DNA of 64,000 nucleotides, from NCBI RefSeq assembly GCF_001194135.2, contig NC_068982.1, forward strand, positions 41,664,432 to 41,728,431. Reading direction: 5' to 3'. The notes beneath the pieces were generated by a model. The model was given only the letters and a program-made list of their open reading frames with translations, searched no databases and was not told the origin of the DNA. Made by a program: the position numbers and the translations under genes. Source of the DNA: Octopus bimaculoides. Taxonomy: Eukaryota. Numbering within the stretch: the stretch's first letter is position 1; each line of letters starts with the position of its first letter. Below are positions 13,519 through 27,105 of the stretch, in pieces.

Positions 13519-13850
13519 ATAGGTATGGTTGTGTAAGAAGCTTGCTTCCCAACCACATGGTTCCAAGTTTAGTCCCAATATATGACACCTTGGGCAAGTG
13601 TCTTCTATTATAGCCTTGGGCCGACCAAAGTCTTGTGAGTAGATTTGGGAGATGGAAACTGAAAGAAGCCCATCATATATATAAATATATATGTTTGCAT
13701 GTCTATGTTTGTCCCCACACCATCACTTGACAACTAATGCTGGTGTGTTTACGTCCCTGCAGCTTAGTGGATCGGCAAAAGAGACCGATAAAATAAGTAC
13801 TAGGCTTACAAAGGAAAAGTCCTGGGGTCGATTTGTTCGACTAAAGGCGA
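13519..13850 (+). mobile_element. tRNA/CORE-like SINE with internal (TA)/(TG) microsatellite; most abundant family in the window
   Basis: CORE-like ACCTTGGGCAAGTGTCTT and gaaactgaaagaagccc motifs. Further full or partial copies at ~9825-10157(-), 12260-12390(-), 28745-28905(-), 29650-29830(+), 30170-30330(+), 36300-36500(+), 36935-37424(-), 42300-42460(+), 50030-50300(+), 51978-52200(-), 53005-53145(-), 58740-59050(-). Confidence 0.8.
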
Positions 13851-14761
13851 TGCAGAATTGTTAGCACATTGGACAATATGTTTAGTGGGATTTTTTCTCT
13901 ACATTTGGAGTTCAAATTCTGTTAAAACTACCTTTCATCCTTTTGTGGTTGATGAATTACTGGGCTTTAAGTAATCGACTTGCCCCTCTCCTCAAAACAG
14001 CTGACCTTGTGCCAAAATTAGGAAGAATTATTATTTAATGTAACTGAAATCTAGTTAGCCATAATACACATTCTTCAAAGCAAAGGTATTTAAAATGCAG
14101 CCTGGAAGTCAAACATTCTCCTTAGAATTCATTTTATGAATATTTCACAATTCTAAGTATACACTTGACAACACAGATTTAAACAAAGCACGTTAATGTC
14201 TGAATCACTGACTTTTTTCATGGAGAAATAAGATACTCAAAACACACAAAACAAACTCATGTACAGTAAGTACTTCTTAAAACATTATCTTAGAGCAGCC
14301 TCTAGCATCAGTAAAATTATATATTTCATATATCCAAGTAATGAATGATTAATAATATGTTTTTTAATCATTACAACAATGTAAGCACAAATGCTTTGTA
14401 AATCCTATTAAAAAAAAATATATCAGTTAACATTCTCAAGTTTTCTCTATTTCAAAAAGAGAATTAGAGAAGGCTCAAGTAAAATATTCTTCAATAATTA
14501 TACTAAAATATGTTGTAAGAATTAGAAAATATTAGAATTCCAAAAGAATATTGTAGAAAAATCTAAGCTTTACTATGGGTTTGGTCATGCAACATGACAT
14601 ATAAGTCGGCAATGATAACACACACACACACACAAAAAAAAAAAGTTACGATATTGCTTGCAAATTTAGATTTGGCATTTTGGCTTGTCACAAATAAATG
14701 AAAAAGCAGGAAACAATCCAGAAACTAGTATTGATGTTACTGTTATATTTAAATGCATACT

Positions 14762-15030
<269 letters not shown>

Positions 15031-18011
15031 ATACATACATATTATACTGCCAACCAGCTGGATTCGGTTAAACCGCTTAACTCATGCCAACATAGAAAGT
15101 AGAAGTATGGTGATACATCTTGTCATCAAAACAATGACAAACCAAGAAATCTAATATGGCATAATCTGCAAACAAGTAATAAATTACATCTATTTTTGAA
15201 ATAGTTTCTTCTGAATTAATAAGAATAAATTTCAAAATAATTATACTTTTCTTTATTATTCTCCACCAGTCAAGTTATTAATCTCTTCAAGATATTACCA
15301 GAGATTTTCAGTAGCTTAAAGCCAAGCTTCTAAAAAGTTTAAAATTGTTAATCCTGTGCTCATTCAAGTCCATTCAAGTTAATTCGTCTTTCTAATCGAG
15401 TTGTTCAGTATAATAATGAAGCAAGTAAAATGGTATAAATCCTTCAAGCTGAAGCCTTCACTTTCCTGTCACACATCGACTCTCATTGCAGAGACTTAAT
15501 GAATGAGCAAGTCGTTGACGGAGACTTGAGCCCCTGGCATACAGCTAGCTGCAACAGATGGATGATAAGAGTGCATTATGTCACAGTAGCACCCCCTACA
15601 ATTCTATTGATAGTTGAGTGGTCAAACTTATCTTCAGGTAACATCAATACTATTTAAATCAACTATTATCAGTGAAAAAATATGCAGTACGACTATAAAA
15701 AAAACTTTTATAACTAAAAATCAAATATTAGGATTGTTAAGTGAACTGTTAGGAATAAGAAAGACTCTTGTTGACATTAACTATCAATAGTATGTAGGAA
15801 AAGCAGTGAAGATTAACATATTGCCTGTTATATTTAGTAAGAAAACATTTTGATTGTCGTTTTCAAGGTCTTTTTTTAAGTGGTTGTAAAGTTTTAGCTA
15901 AACTAGTTCATAAGATTGAATCTGCTCACCCCAGTTCCACCCCTACCAGCAGACTGAAACCATTCAGCTAAGAAGTATTTATCTATTAAAAGATATTTAC
16001 CTTTCTTTTCATTAAAAAAAAAAACACTTTCCAGAATTGTAGGCATTTAGAATAGTGCATCTTTTGGTATTTTAGCCTTAATCACAATCAGAACAAAGGC
16101 TTACTGATTCATTTTGCATTAGCAGAATACATTAACGTATTGTTAAAATACAATAAATCTTGCCAAAGATAATAAATGTGATGAAATTTTTAATTCTTTC
16201 TAGCATTAATACAAAGGAAGAAAATCTGAATTTCAGAAAAAAAAAATTTTCCCCACAGTAATGTCAGCATTAGAACTTTCTATAAAAATTATATATGCCT
16301 ATAATTTAATTTAAAACAATTACAACTAACACAATTAGGCTTAGGGAATTAAAAAAAAAAAGGGCAAAAATTATGACTATATGTATAGTACATATTCAGA
16401 ACGGTCTTATTATATATCAAATACTGCTTAGCGACAAATTAGATTGTTGGTATGCTACATTTCAAATTAGCATTAAAAAAATGTAAATAAGGTAAAAATA
16501 ACTGGTGAAGTTTTCGTGAAGAGCACTTCTCTTTAGTCCTTTAGTCTAAGAGAACCTCAGATCTTTCTTAGACTTAGTGAAGTGGGGTGATGCAGTTAAG
16601 TTATAGTACAACAGAGTTGAATTTGTAATGGAAAGAGGTTGAGTTAGCTAGCTCTAACACTTAAGTATAGTATACACTTTCTGACCCTTTAAATAACAAA
16701 ATGAATTTTTGAATAAATTTTTTTTACTTCGTAATTTTTTTTAGCAAATTAGGTCCTGAGCTTTCCAGAGATTTTTTTTCTTATTGCTGGAGATGGTGAT
16801 ACAAAAATGAAATAAAATAAGCATTACTTGTATAAAATGCCAACATGTTAGACTTAAGAAGAAAAAAAAAAAAAAAACGAAGCTACATAATCTTAATTCA
16901 ACGTCCAGACAATTTGTTAAACTTCACACGTAATACAGAAAAACCTTCAAATATACAAGTAGACACACAAGAACCAGACAATGGAGAAAGCTTCATTCAT
17001 CCGGAAAAATTGTTGTCTTAAATTACTCATTATCTTTCATGTCAAATACACATTTAGAATCATACATTTTAAGATCCCAATTAAAAGTACTGGAAACTTA
17101 TCTTTTAAATGGATATTTCGTATTAAATGCTATCTAGTTCCAATACTCTATTTCTATTACTGACACCTTTAGAAGCGCATGAACATCATAAACTCCCACC
17201 CTCATATTTATACAGTTTGCGTGCGTGTAAGAAATCTATATTAATAACGTTTCAAACTGATTAATAATAATAATGTTGATTACACCCCCACTTGCACACT
17301 TTAAACAAAAGACACTTCTTGAGAGGGAGGAGAGACAATTGACTAACGTGTTTTATATTACAAGACAATTTTATTGGTTCTGCAGGGACTAGAGATAAAA
17401 TAGAAAGAGAATAATTAAAATTTAATCCTGTACTTCCCCGCTTGGAAGATATCGTTATAAACTGGATTAAAATAAAATCAAAATACTTTTTTCTTCGGTA
17501 CGCTCGAAGAACATAACTACATTAAATGAATAGAATAGTGAGCCTTGCTTACAACAGGCAAGACATTAAAATTACAAAATTATGGCCAAGACACGTCCAG
17601 AAACATAGTTATGTTGAGGACACATTCCAATGCATTAAACCTCAGCCACATCGATATCAAGACGAGACATCTATTCAATCAGAACATGAATCACTGCAGT
17701 GATTTAATTTTTCCCCCCCTTTTTTTTTCGTGGTGATTAAATAAAAGAAAGAAGAGCGTTAAAAAAAAAAAAAAACAATTATCTATGAGTTCAAGATAGG
17801 TTTTTATTTTAAATCGCTTAACAAAAACAATTAAAGAAGTCAACTTTTTGAAATTTGCATTTAAATACTTTTTAACAAGCCATTGAACACCATCGATTTT
17901 AAATAATCGATATAACTTTCCTTTGATCACCGATCATAATTATTATTATTATTATTTTATTTTTGAAAATTAAAAATTTCAAAAAACATTGCATTTAGAT
18001 ATGTCAGTTAC

Positions 18012-19200
18012 CTTCGGTAATCAATTTCACTTATTTTCTACGTGGTCAGTTTCAAGTCCACTCAGCTAATTTCATACCTCAATTAGCATACATACATTAC
18101 AAAAATATTTTTAGATGTGCTGTATGCATTAGGAAAAATGAGATAAGAAAAATAAATAAAATGCAATTGATTCATTACTTTTTTCAAATTTGATCTTAAA
18201 CTAAATCTATGTACTATAATAAAAGAAATATCTGATCTGATGATAATAATAATTAGACTGATAATAAAGGTTTACATCAGAAAGGTAGCATGAAGAATGA
18301 CGAGAGAGGAGCGGAACAGAATAGTCAACCTTTTAACAATACAAAACGACAGCAACTAAGTTGGAGGAAACACAAAGTGAGGCAGATAGCATTTAATAAG
18401 TCCTGATAATTATAACGAAAGAAAGAACAGACATCTCCATACACCTAAGATTCGTGCGTCATGGTGTGAGGGAGATGACGGGGAAAGCCTTCCACCGATG
18501 TCTGCCCACAAAAAAAGACAAAAAAATCAGAGGAAACGGGGGAATTTGAAGATTGTTAAATCAGAATCAGGGAACTAATTCATATATTTTAAATATGTTA
18601 GTGTATAACCACAGTAACACACAGGGAATTTTAAGATTGATTTTTTTCCTCATCTCACTAATTCTACCTTACCTGCTTGCATGTGGTTGAAACAAGACTA
18701 TGGCGGACAGCATTTACTTAAAAGTTCTTGTAACACACTACAAATTCTAGGTAAAACTGAACAAATAAAAGTTCTTAAAAAACTAACGGAATGATAAACG
18801 AACTCAAGATTTATTTTCTAGTTTGATTTTTTTTCTTCCCCACCTACTCAACATAGCTAATTCCCTAACATAAACTTACTCCAGTTTTTAATCATGCATA
18901 TTAAAAAACCGAGCCCGGCATCACAAGTAACCAAAACAAACGCATAGATTATTTCGAGAAGAAAATGAAAACGCAAGCAATTTCCATAAGCATCTTCATA
19001 ATAGTAACCAAAATAAAATTTAAAAATGTATAATTGCTTAGCTTACCTTTGGCTCTATTAAGTGGTATAACTGAGAGTGCCAAACGAGTAAGACGACGCA
19101 AAGAGCGACCTCATACACTCACCTAGCAATAAGAAGAAAGATGGCCGATGTATCATCTTCCTCCTCCTCCACCTCCAACCGACTTAATCTTTTATTTCAG
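18012..19200 (-). promoter_or_regulatory. Probable promoter / alternative non-coding first exons of the minus-strand gene
   Basis: TE-free, CpG-retaining region. Minus-strand donors: AAG|gtaact (18011), CAG|gtaagg (18672), AAG|gtaagc (19046), TAG|gtgagt (19122). YY1-like motifs aagatggccg (19138-19147) and ctatggcgg (~18698-18706). Confidence 0.55.
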
Positions 19201-20644
19201 TTTTTAAGTTCAGTTCTACATTTATAATTTAAAATAATCTGATGTATTTTTAGAAGCAATATTAACGTACGCTTCGCTTTCTGAATTCAATTGATAAGTG
19301 AAATACAGTATATTTGACATCAAAATTATCAGTGAAACTACGAAAATGGGGATTTGTTAAGAAACTGTTTCGTTTCGTTTGTCGAGCTGACGCGTTACTC
19401 TGATTTACATTTCTTATCAATTTTCTTTGTAGCGTTCTCTTTCTTTGATTTTTTTTTTCTTCATATTTATATTGAAAATGCATTAAGAAAAAAGACTAAA
19501 CCACATCATTTATATCAACTGTTTATGTTCACGTAAACAATTTTATTTTTTATTTATTCTCCAACACATTAGATATTTAAAATTATGTTAAACCCCCTTT
19601 TCCATAATATTTTAAAGAACTAAAAAAATTAATTTGCATAAAATAAAAATCTATAGTTTCATGAGGAAAAAAAAACATCAAGATAAAGTTGTTTATTTCC
19701 AACAGAATAAACTACATATATGGCTACTACTATTCACAAAACGAAAGCTCTTAATATATTTTAGTTGGACCAGAGTAACTGCTTCAAATTCGCCCTTGAA
19801 AAAAAAAACCACTGTCTTTTACTATTTCTCAACTTCCCCAACCCCTACCTCTTTCACTCCTCCTCACTATCTCATATTTCAACATAACCCAGAAAAAAGG
19901 AAAAGGATGAAGAAAATGGAAGTAAAAGAGGAATAGCCAAAGGAATTGTTCATTATATTTGGGGGAGGGGTTAAATGCTTATTACCAAATTCCAGTGACA
20001 TTTCAAATACCTTTATTTTTTTTATACTTTGCACTAACTCTAGACAAGTAGTACCCCGTTACAGATATATAGTTCACTGATGTAAATGTCTAGGGATAAC
20101 AGTTGATATACATGAAACACACACACACACACACATAAGAACTGTGATAATCCCATTTGCAACTATGATTAAATTTCCCTTATCTCTATTGTGTTAATTA
20201 GTAAGCTGAAACCCAACTAGAAGTTCATAAAGATACAAATTATTATTAATTTGTGTGTTATTTCTAAATGTAATACTGGTTTGGCATTTACTATTCAAGC
20301 TTCTATTTTATTAATGGAATTTATAATGAAGAGTAATACACACACACACACACAAATATATATATGTAGAGATATGTACATTGTATATATGTATGTGTGT
20401 ATGTATGTATATANNNNNNNNNNNNNNNNNNNNNNNNNNNNNNNNNNNNNNNNNNNNNNNNNNNNNNNNNNNNNNNNNNNNNNNNNNNNNNNNNNNNNNN
20501 NNNNNNNNNNNNNNNNNNNNNNATATATATATATATATATGATACAGTGTACATATATAGACATATATATACACACACATATACACATATATGTACATTA
20601 TATATAACACACACACACACAATATATGTATGGATATGTGTGTG

Positions 20645-20701
<57 letters not shown>

Positions 20702-22510
20702 ATATATGTATGTATGTATGTATATATATGTATGTATGTATGTATGTATATGTATGTATGTATGTATATGTATGTATGTATGTATAGAGTCTTAGCTGTG
20801 ATGTACAGAAATAATAATGAAGAAAGATGTTTTGCCAAAATTCTGACGACTTTGTTTTCTCAATATTTATATATTCATTGTAATATTTGGGGAGGGTCAT
20901 ATTTTTTGTCTAATTAACCACATGCACTATATACTAGTTCTTCACTTCAGCTTTATCTTCATTCCTATTTTAGTGTCCTGTAGTTTAAATCTTTCATCAC
21001 ATATCCTGTGACCACTTCAGTAACTCTCCATTCCACGCATCTCCTTTTGTTCTGTTAATGGAATAAACAATTGGTAATAGGAAGGGCATCTGGCCATAGA
21101 AAATCTGCTTTAATAAAATCCATCTGACCCATGTAAGCATGGAAAAGTGGACATTAAAATGATCATTATATATAACATATATATACACATATATGTATAT
21201 CTTTTTTTTTCCTATGCTTACATAGGTTAGAAAATATATGATATATGAAATGGTGATATTATCTGACATGTAAGAACAGGCTCTACTTTCATTATTTACT
21301 GCAGTAGAATAGTAGATAGGAGAGTGATAAAGGGATAAATGATATGAAGAAGAGCTGTGAGGATAAGGCTGCTAGAGTTTAGGAAAGAGTGAGAGATGGA
21401 TTTGAAAAATGACGATAGGGATGATAGTAAAAATGGTAGTTGATATGAGCAGTGAGCTAGATTTGATAGCATGCTGGGAAAAATGCTTAGCAGTATTTCA
21501 TCTGTCCTTGTGGCAAAGTCAACCACGGAGGTTGATTTTGCCCTTTATCCTTTTGACTGGGGTTGATAATAATCGACTTACCCCTTCTCCCTAAAATGCT
21601 GGCCTTGTGGCAAAATTTGAAACCAGTATAAGTTGTGTGACAATGATGGTAAGAATGACAGATGGATGTCTATAGGAAGTGATTCAAGGTAGAGACCCCA
21701 TTGATTGAGTAGAGAGATTAGATGAGGGACTTAGTTGAGTGCATTTAGTGTGCATACATAATTTCAAACCCTCAGTTATACCTCACTAGCATTGCTGAAT
21801 GGGTCTTCTCAAGCTCATGTATTTATACATACATACACCTATACACACACACATTCAATTGCAGGATTCGTCAGAATCTAAACATTTGTGTAAGATGTTG
21901 GGAAAGGTCGGGTACTGGGCTTGCAGTATTCAGTTGTTGTTAGTTGGCTGTATTCTGCAAGTATGTATATACATGTCTACATATCAATCCAGTTGTAAGT
22001 TCAGGTAGACAAATGTATGTATACATATATATAGGTGCCCAATCTAAATACAAACAATAGATCTGGCCTCAGGATGGTTCTAAGTATAGCACATGTATAA
22101 AAGAAGAACACAAGTGGACTTTGAGATTCATAACGACAGTTTCAGCAGTATTTTATTGAATATTTCAATCAAACCATGACAAAAAGCTACTATCTTCAGG
22201 TAGACAAACAGATAGATAGGTGGAAAATTTAAGTTGACAATATCAGACAAGATTTTATCTGATATGTTATCTACATTGATCTGGGTGGATACTCCTCTTC
22301 TTTCATATCATCTTATTTTCTCTTTTATTATATGATCTTCCTAAATCCTCACTAAGGATATAAAGTAAGATAGTGACCTAAGAAATTTAATGGCTTTTGA
22401 ACTTTGCCCTTACGGGTCTTACTAGCAGTCTTATAAATTCTACAGTTCCTCTGATAACTTCATTTGTTTTCGCCATGTAACTTGGTGAACTGGTCAACTT
22501 AAATTCTCCA

Positions 22511-22535
22511 TCTATCTATCTATCTAGCTAGCTCC

Positions 22536-22566
<31 letters not shown>

Positions 22567-22587
22567 GCTAGCTAGCTAGCTAGCTAC

Positions 22588-22630
<43 letters not shown>
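22511..22630. repeat. (TATC)n/(TAGC)n tetranucleotide microsatellite
   Basis: Direct reading. Confidence 0.95.
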
Positions 22631-24789
22631 GTTGTTTGTCTAAAATCACCTGAAGATAATGAATTTTTGTCATGATGTAATCAAAGTGTTCATTAATATA
22701 ATACTGCTGAAAGAGCTGTTGTGAATTTTAAACTCCACTTGTGCTTTTGTATGTAATGAATGATGCATAAGGAGTGGGGTGGGATGACCAATGATGATGG
22801 ATGTGATGTGTTGCAGAATAACAATGATGGTTCGGTAGACAGGGGAAAGGTGAGAGACAGAAAGGCAAGTAGTTGTGTGGGTTATAAGAGTGTGTGGGTG
22901 GGAGAGAAAGGCAGGCATAGTGCATGGAGAGAGTGAGATACATCTGATGGTGGAAAAGGTGAGATGAATTAGTGATTTGGGACTGAGGGGGTGGGGTCAA
23001 TGTAAAACGTGGGAAGAGAGGACATTATTAAGAATAAAGGAGGGATATCAAGTGAAATGGTCCTAGTTTGTGAGAAAGATTAGTGGTATCAAAGAAAAAA
23101 ATGCAGTTAGAGAGATGGAGAGTGATGGAATGTCTTAGGAACGAAATAAGCAAAATGCCTACTTGTGCATACACACACACACACACACACACACAACACT
23201 TCCAGAACTTAATTTCACTCAGCTGGGTAGGTCTTCTCATGAGCTGCATATTACCAATCATCTCAGCTCCTTATCATCTACTCGAGGTTCAAAGTTCTGA
23301 GGTCGCCTTCATCACTTTATCCCATATCTTCCTGGGTCTCCTCCCCCACAAGCTCTGTCCACATTAAATGATTACTTTATATAGCTGTCTTCAACCAGAC
23401 ATGATATGTGCATACCAATCCAATCTTACATCTAGTTCTGCTTATGCCCAGTTTTCCTCTCAGCACATTTGTACTGTGTCATTCATGCACACTTACATTG
23501 TAAATTCAATAGAGTATGCTTGCTTCATGTCTTTCCAGTATTCTTAAGTTCTCTGCATTCAAGACCCATGTTTGTAGTTCTGATGCAGCTTTAGGATGAT
23601 ACACAAACTATGAGTGCATTGTATCTTATAGCAGAAACAGCAGTAAGCTAATGAAGTTCATGACATAATTTCTTTTCTTTTGTCATTTTAATTTCTTATA
23701 TGTGTACATGAGTGTGTATATATATATATATNNNNNNNNNNNNNNNNNNNNNNNNNNNNNNNNNNNNNNNNNNNNNNNNNNNNNNNNNNNNNNNNNNNNN
23801 NNNNNNNNNNNNNNNNNNNNNNNNNNNNNNNNNNNNNNNNNNNNNNNNNNNNNNNNNNNNNNNNNNNNNNNNNNNNNNNNNNNNNNNNNNNNNNNNNNNN
23901 NNNNNNNNNNNNNNNNNNNNNNNNNNNNNNNNNNNNNNNNNNNNNNNNNNNNNNNNNNNNNNNNNNNNNNNNNNNNNNNNNNNNNNNNNNNNNNNNNNNN
24001 NNNNNNNNNNNNNNNNNTATATACGTGGTTATATGTATGTACGTATATTTGTGGGTGTGAACGTACGCATGTATGTGTGTGTCTATATGTGGTTGTATAT
24101 GTATGTGTGCGCGCGAAGTTGGATTCGTTTATGTATGTAAGAAATGTCTCTGTGAAACCGAATAACAGCAGCGTGGTGAGGAAAGCAGGTACAGAGAGAG
24201 AGGTGACAATTGACCTTACGTTACTGCGGAAAGACAGAGCCATAGAGGACAGACACTGTTGCCGAGAGAAAGAGGAAAGCAGAGACAGCAGCTGCTGTAA
24301 TGAATGAAACACATTGACAGTGATATATTAGACACACTGTATTAAATGACCGAATGGAAATGAGCCAGCAGGAGAGCCTCTGAGCGCTAGCTCGACCTGC
24401 AAGAAATAGCAGCCAAACCTCTTAAATTGTTGGTTGGGTAATGTGTCTTTAGTTCTCTGAACATTTAAGAAAAGACGAGATGTTCACGGCTGGAATGCTC
24501 CTATTAGAGTTGAACTGGGGCTTAACAACAGCCAAAAGAACCAAATGGAAAGGAAAGACGATATACAAGAGAAGAAATCACGATATTTTATATTTGTTAT
24601 GTTTTATTGAGAAGTTCTAGATGTAATTTGCTTTTTGATAATAAGTTAAATAAATCTAAGAAAAATATTGGGAACGGTAAAGATTGCAGGGTTGGTCCCT
24701 TATTGAGGGTATGTAACGACCCCTTAAATCTAGTATGCATGTTAATATTTGCATATAGTGATCAGGCGTTGACTGAACACTATTCAATT

Positions 24790-24960
24790 TTTTTTTCTCC
24801 GTGTTTTTCTCCTTGTCTCCGTATTCTTTCTGTTGAAGAGCGTAGCTCGAAACGTCAAAGACTTTCCGTATTCCCGAGCGTCATACTAATATATACTTTT
24901 GTTATTTACACCACCTGTCCTCGTCTGTTGTTATTTTTTGTATATTCTCCCATGTATATG
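24790..24960 (+). mobile_element. Penelope-like terminal repeat remnant
   Basis: tgaagagcgtagctcgaaacgtcaaag resembles the GAAGA...CGAAACG(T/C) motif typical of Penelope-like terminal repeats. Confidence 0.45.
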
Positions 24961-25657
24961 TACAACGAAAGACTTTGATATATGCTATAGTATTATAAAA
25001 TATATTAAAATGGAATACAAGAATTTCTTTTATGGCTAAAATGATTCTACCATGATAGAGCTAATTCATGTTTATGTTTATTTTGTTATTTCATGAGTTA
25101 GTTGGGGGAAGAAGGGAAGAGTAGCTACCCATGACTTCCCATATGCGTGTGACTGATACGGTCCATGCCCGGCATGGCATGAACATTTTTTTAGTCAGAA
25201 GAGAAGGCAGTGTCTAAGATCTTTTGATCCTTAAGAAGTTTTTTGAGGCTGGTAGGAGAGAGAGAGTCGAAGCTGTCTTCCACCTGAATATCTGGCTCAA
25301 GTGCTCGCAACAGAACAGTTTCTATTAAAGACACAGTGTCAATAGACTTTGTTCACTCTAGCGACAAATTGACTGATTCATCTTACTACTGAAGTATGCT
25401 ATAACATGATTTGAACTTAGAACGTTACATTTTTATAGTTCAATCAATCCACCGCCCTGGACGAGTATACTCTTTTTTTATCGATCTCGAAAGAGTAAAT
25501 AAAGAAAGATGTTGACTCTGGCGAGATTTAATGCGTGCGCGCGTGTGTGTGTGTGTGTGAGAGAAAGAATGAGAGAGAAAATACCGTGAGGAATTGATTC
25601 TCGATTCGTCAGTGTTGTTTTGTCTGAATGCTTGCAATTTAGTGAATCTTGTTAAAG

Positions 25658-26605
25658 CAGTGGTTTGCAGTCAGACTCCATATGACCATTGGGGACCCAT
25701 ATAAGATTTTTTGTTAAAATTTATGAGCAATAAATTGCGTATACTTCTACAATACACCAAATATTGTTTTGCTAATAATATTTAATAATAAAAATACTAT
25801 AGAACATTTTAAACATTGAATGGCTCCATTGAATGGCTCCATTGAGGGTCCATCAGAGTGAAATAAGAATCAAGGGGGCCCAGTGGCGTCTCGTAGATAA
25901 AATTAGTGGGGATGCTGCTTTAGAAAATTGTTAGCCGTTGTTTTAATATTGTCTAAGAGGAAACAAACATATAAAAAGAAAATTTATACATAAACTTCAT
26001 CGGTTCGCGTTTTAGCCCCTGCTGGGTAGTGTGTTTAATCTGTTCACTCAACACCGCTTCGAATTCCCCCTTGTTTTTCAAATATCCCACTTCAATCACA
26101 AAATAAACGGGGGAATGAGCCCTATTTTTCAAGTCCTGGCAGCAACACTGAAGCTGGAAGCAGGATAATAATCTAATTCTACACTTTATTGCATTCAAGA
26201 GTATAAACACATTTTTAAGCACAACACATGCGGAGTCAGAAAGAAATACTACCTTTCACCTGGCACTGTCATTCACGCAGTGCTCTCTCTCCCTAGTGTG
26301 AAGCTTCCTATCTCAAACATGTGAGCATGCGCACAACAGCCAAACTCTGCGTTACTGGAAGTGTGAAGTGCACAGTTCTATACAAGGACTTATGTATTTT
26401 TTCTATAAACTAGGGGATGGCTACTGGCATTAAGCTTAACGATTATATAATGTACAAGTATAAAGAAAGAATTAAAGCAAAAAAGGACTCATTATATTGA
26501 ATGTTATCAATAATATCGAGTGGAAATAGGGGGTGCTGCAGTTCCTATACTCGAGCCAACACTGAAGGGGTCCATAGATAAAAAAAAAAAGTCGTTGAGA
26601 ACTAG
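25658..26605. mobile_element. hAT-type MITE split by a second, nested hAT-type element
   Basis: Perfect 8-bp TSD tgttaaag (25650-25657, 26606-26613); ends cagtggtt... and ...gttgagaactag. Confidence 0.65.
25881..26564. mobile_element. Inner hAT-type non-autonomous element (~680 bp)
   Basis: Ends cagtggcgtctcg / cgagccaacactg; imperfect 8-bp TSD agggggcc / aaggggtc interrupting the outer MITE. Confidence 0.5.
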
Positions 26606-26722
26606 TGTTAAAGGCATTTAAAGACCAGATGATGATGTTAGACTGGGCAGCGCGCCACCCTTTATGGGTCTCACATCTGATGGCATAGACATTTAACCAG
26701 AATTAGAATTTAGATTTAGATG

Positions 26723-27105
26723 CATCATCATCATCGTTTAACGTCCGCTTTCCATGCTAGCATGGGTTGGACGATTTGACTGAGGACTGGTGAAACCGGA
26801 TGGCAACACCAGGCTCCAATCTAATTTGGCAGAGTTTCTACAGCTGGATGCCCTTCCTAACGCCAACCACTCAGAGAGTGTAGTGGGTGCTTTTACGTGT
26901 CACCCGCACGAAAACGGTCACGCTCGAAATGGTGTCTTTTATGTGCCACCCGCACAAGAGCCAGTCCAGGGGCACCGGCAACGATCTCGCTCGAAAAACC
27001 TCATGTGTCACTCGCACAAGAGCCAGTCCATGGGCACTGGCAACGATCTCGCACGAAAGATATCATGTGTCGCCCGCACATGAGCCAGTCCAGGGGCACT
27101 GGCAT
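26723..27105 (-). mobile_element. Young SINE/RTE-tailed retroposon with (GAT)n tail and internal ~60-bp tandem repeats
   Basis: 26723-26864 is the exact reverse complement of 50447-50588; tail GGACGTTAAACGATGATGATG; about three internal repeat units at ~26920-27105. Confidence 0.85.

Noticed and set aside
17689-17704. Perfect 16-bp palindrome aatcactgcagtgatt
   Set aside because: One or two such palindromes are expected by chance in 64 kb of AT-rich DNA.
26920-27105. CRISPR-like repeat/spacer appearance
   Set aside because: Units are degenerate tandem copies without unique spacers, lie inside a SINE, and there are no cas genes; eukaryotic context.
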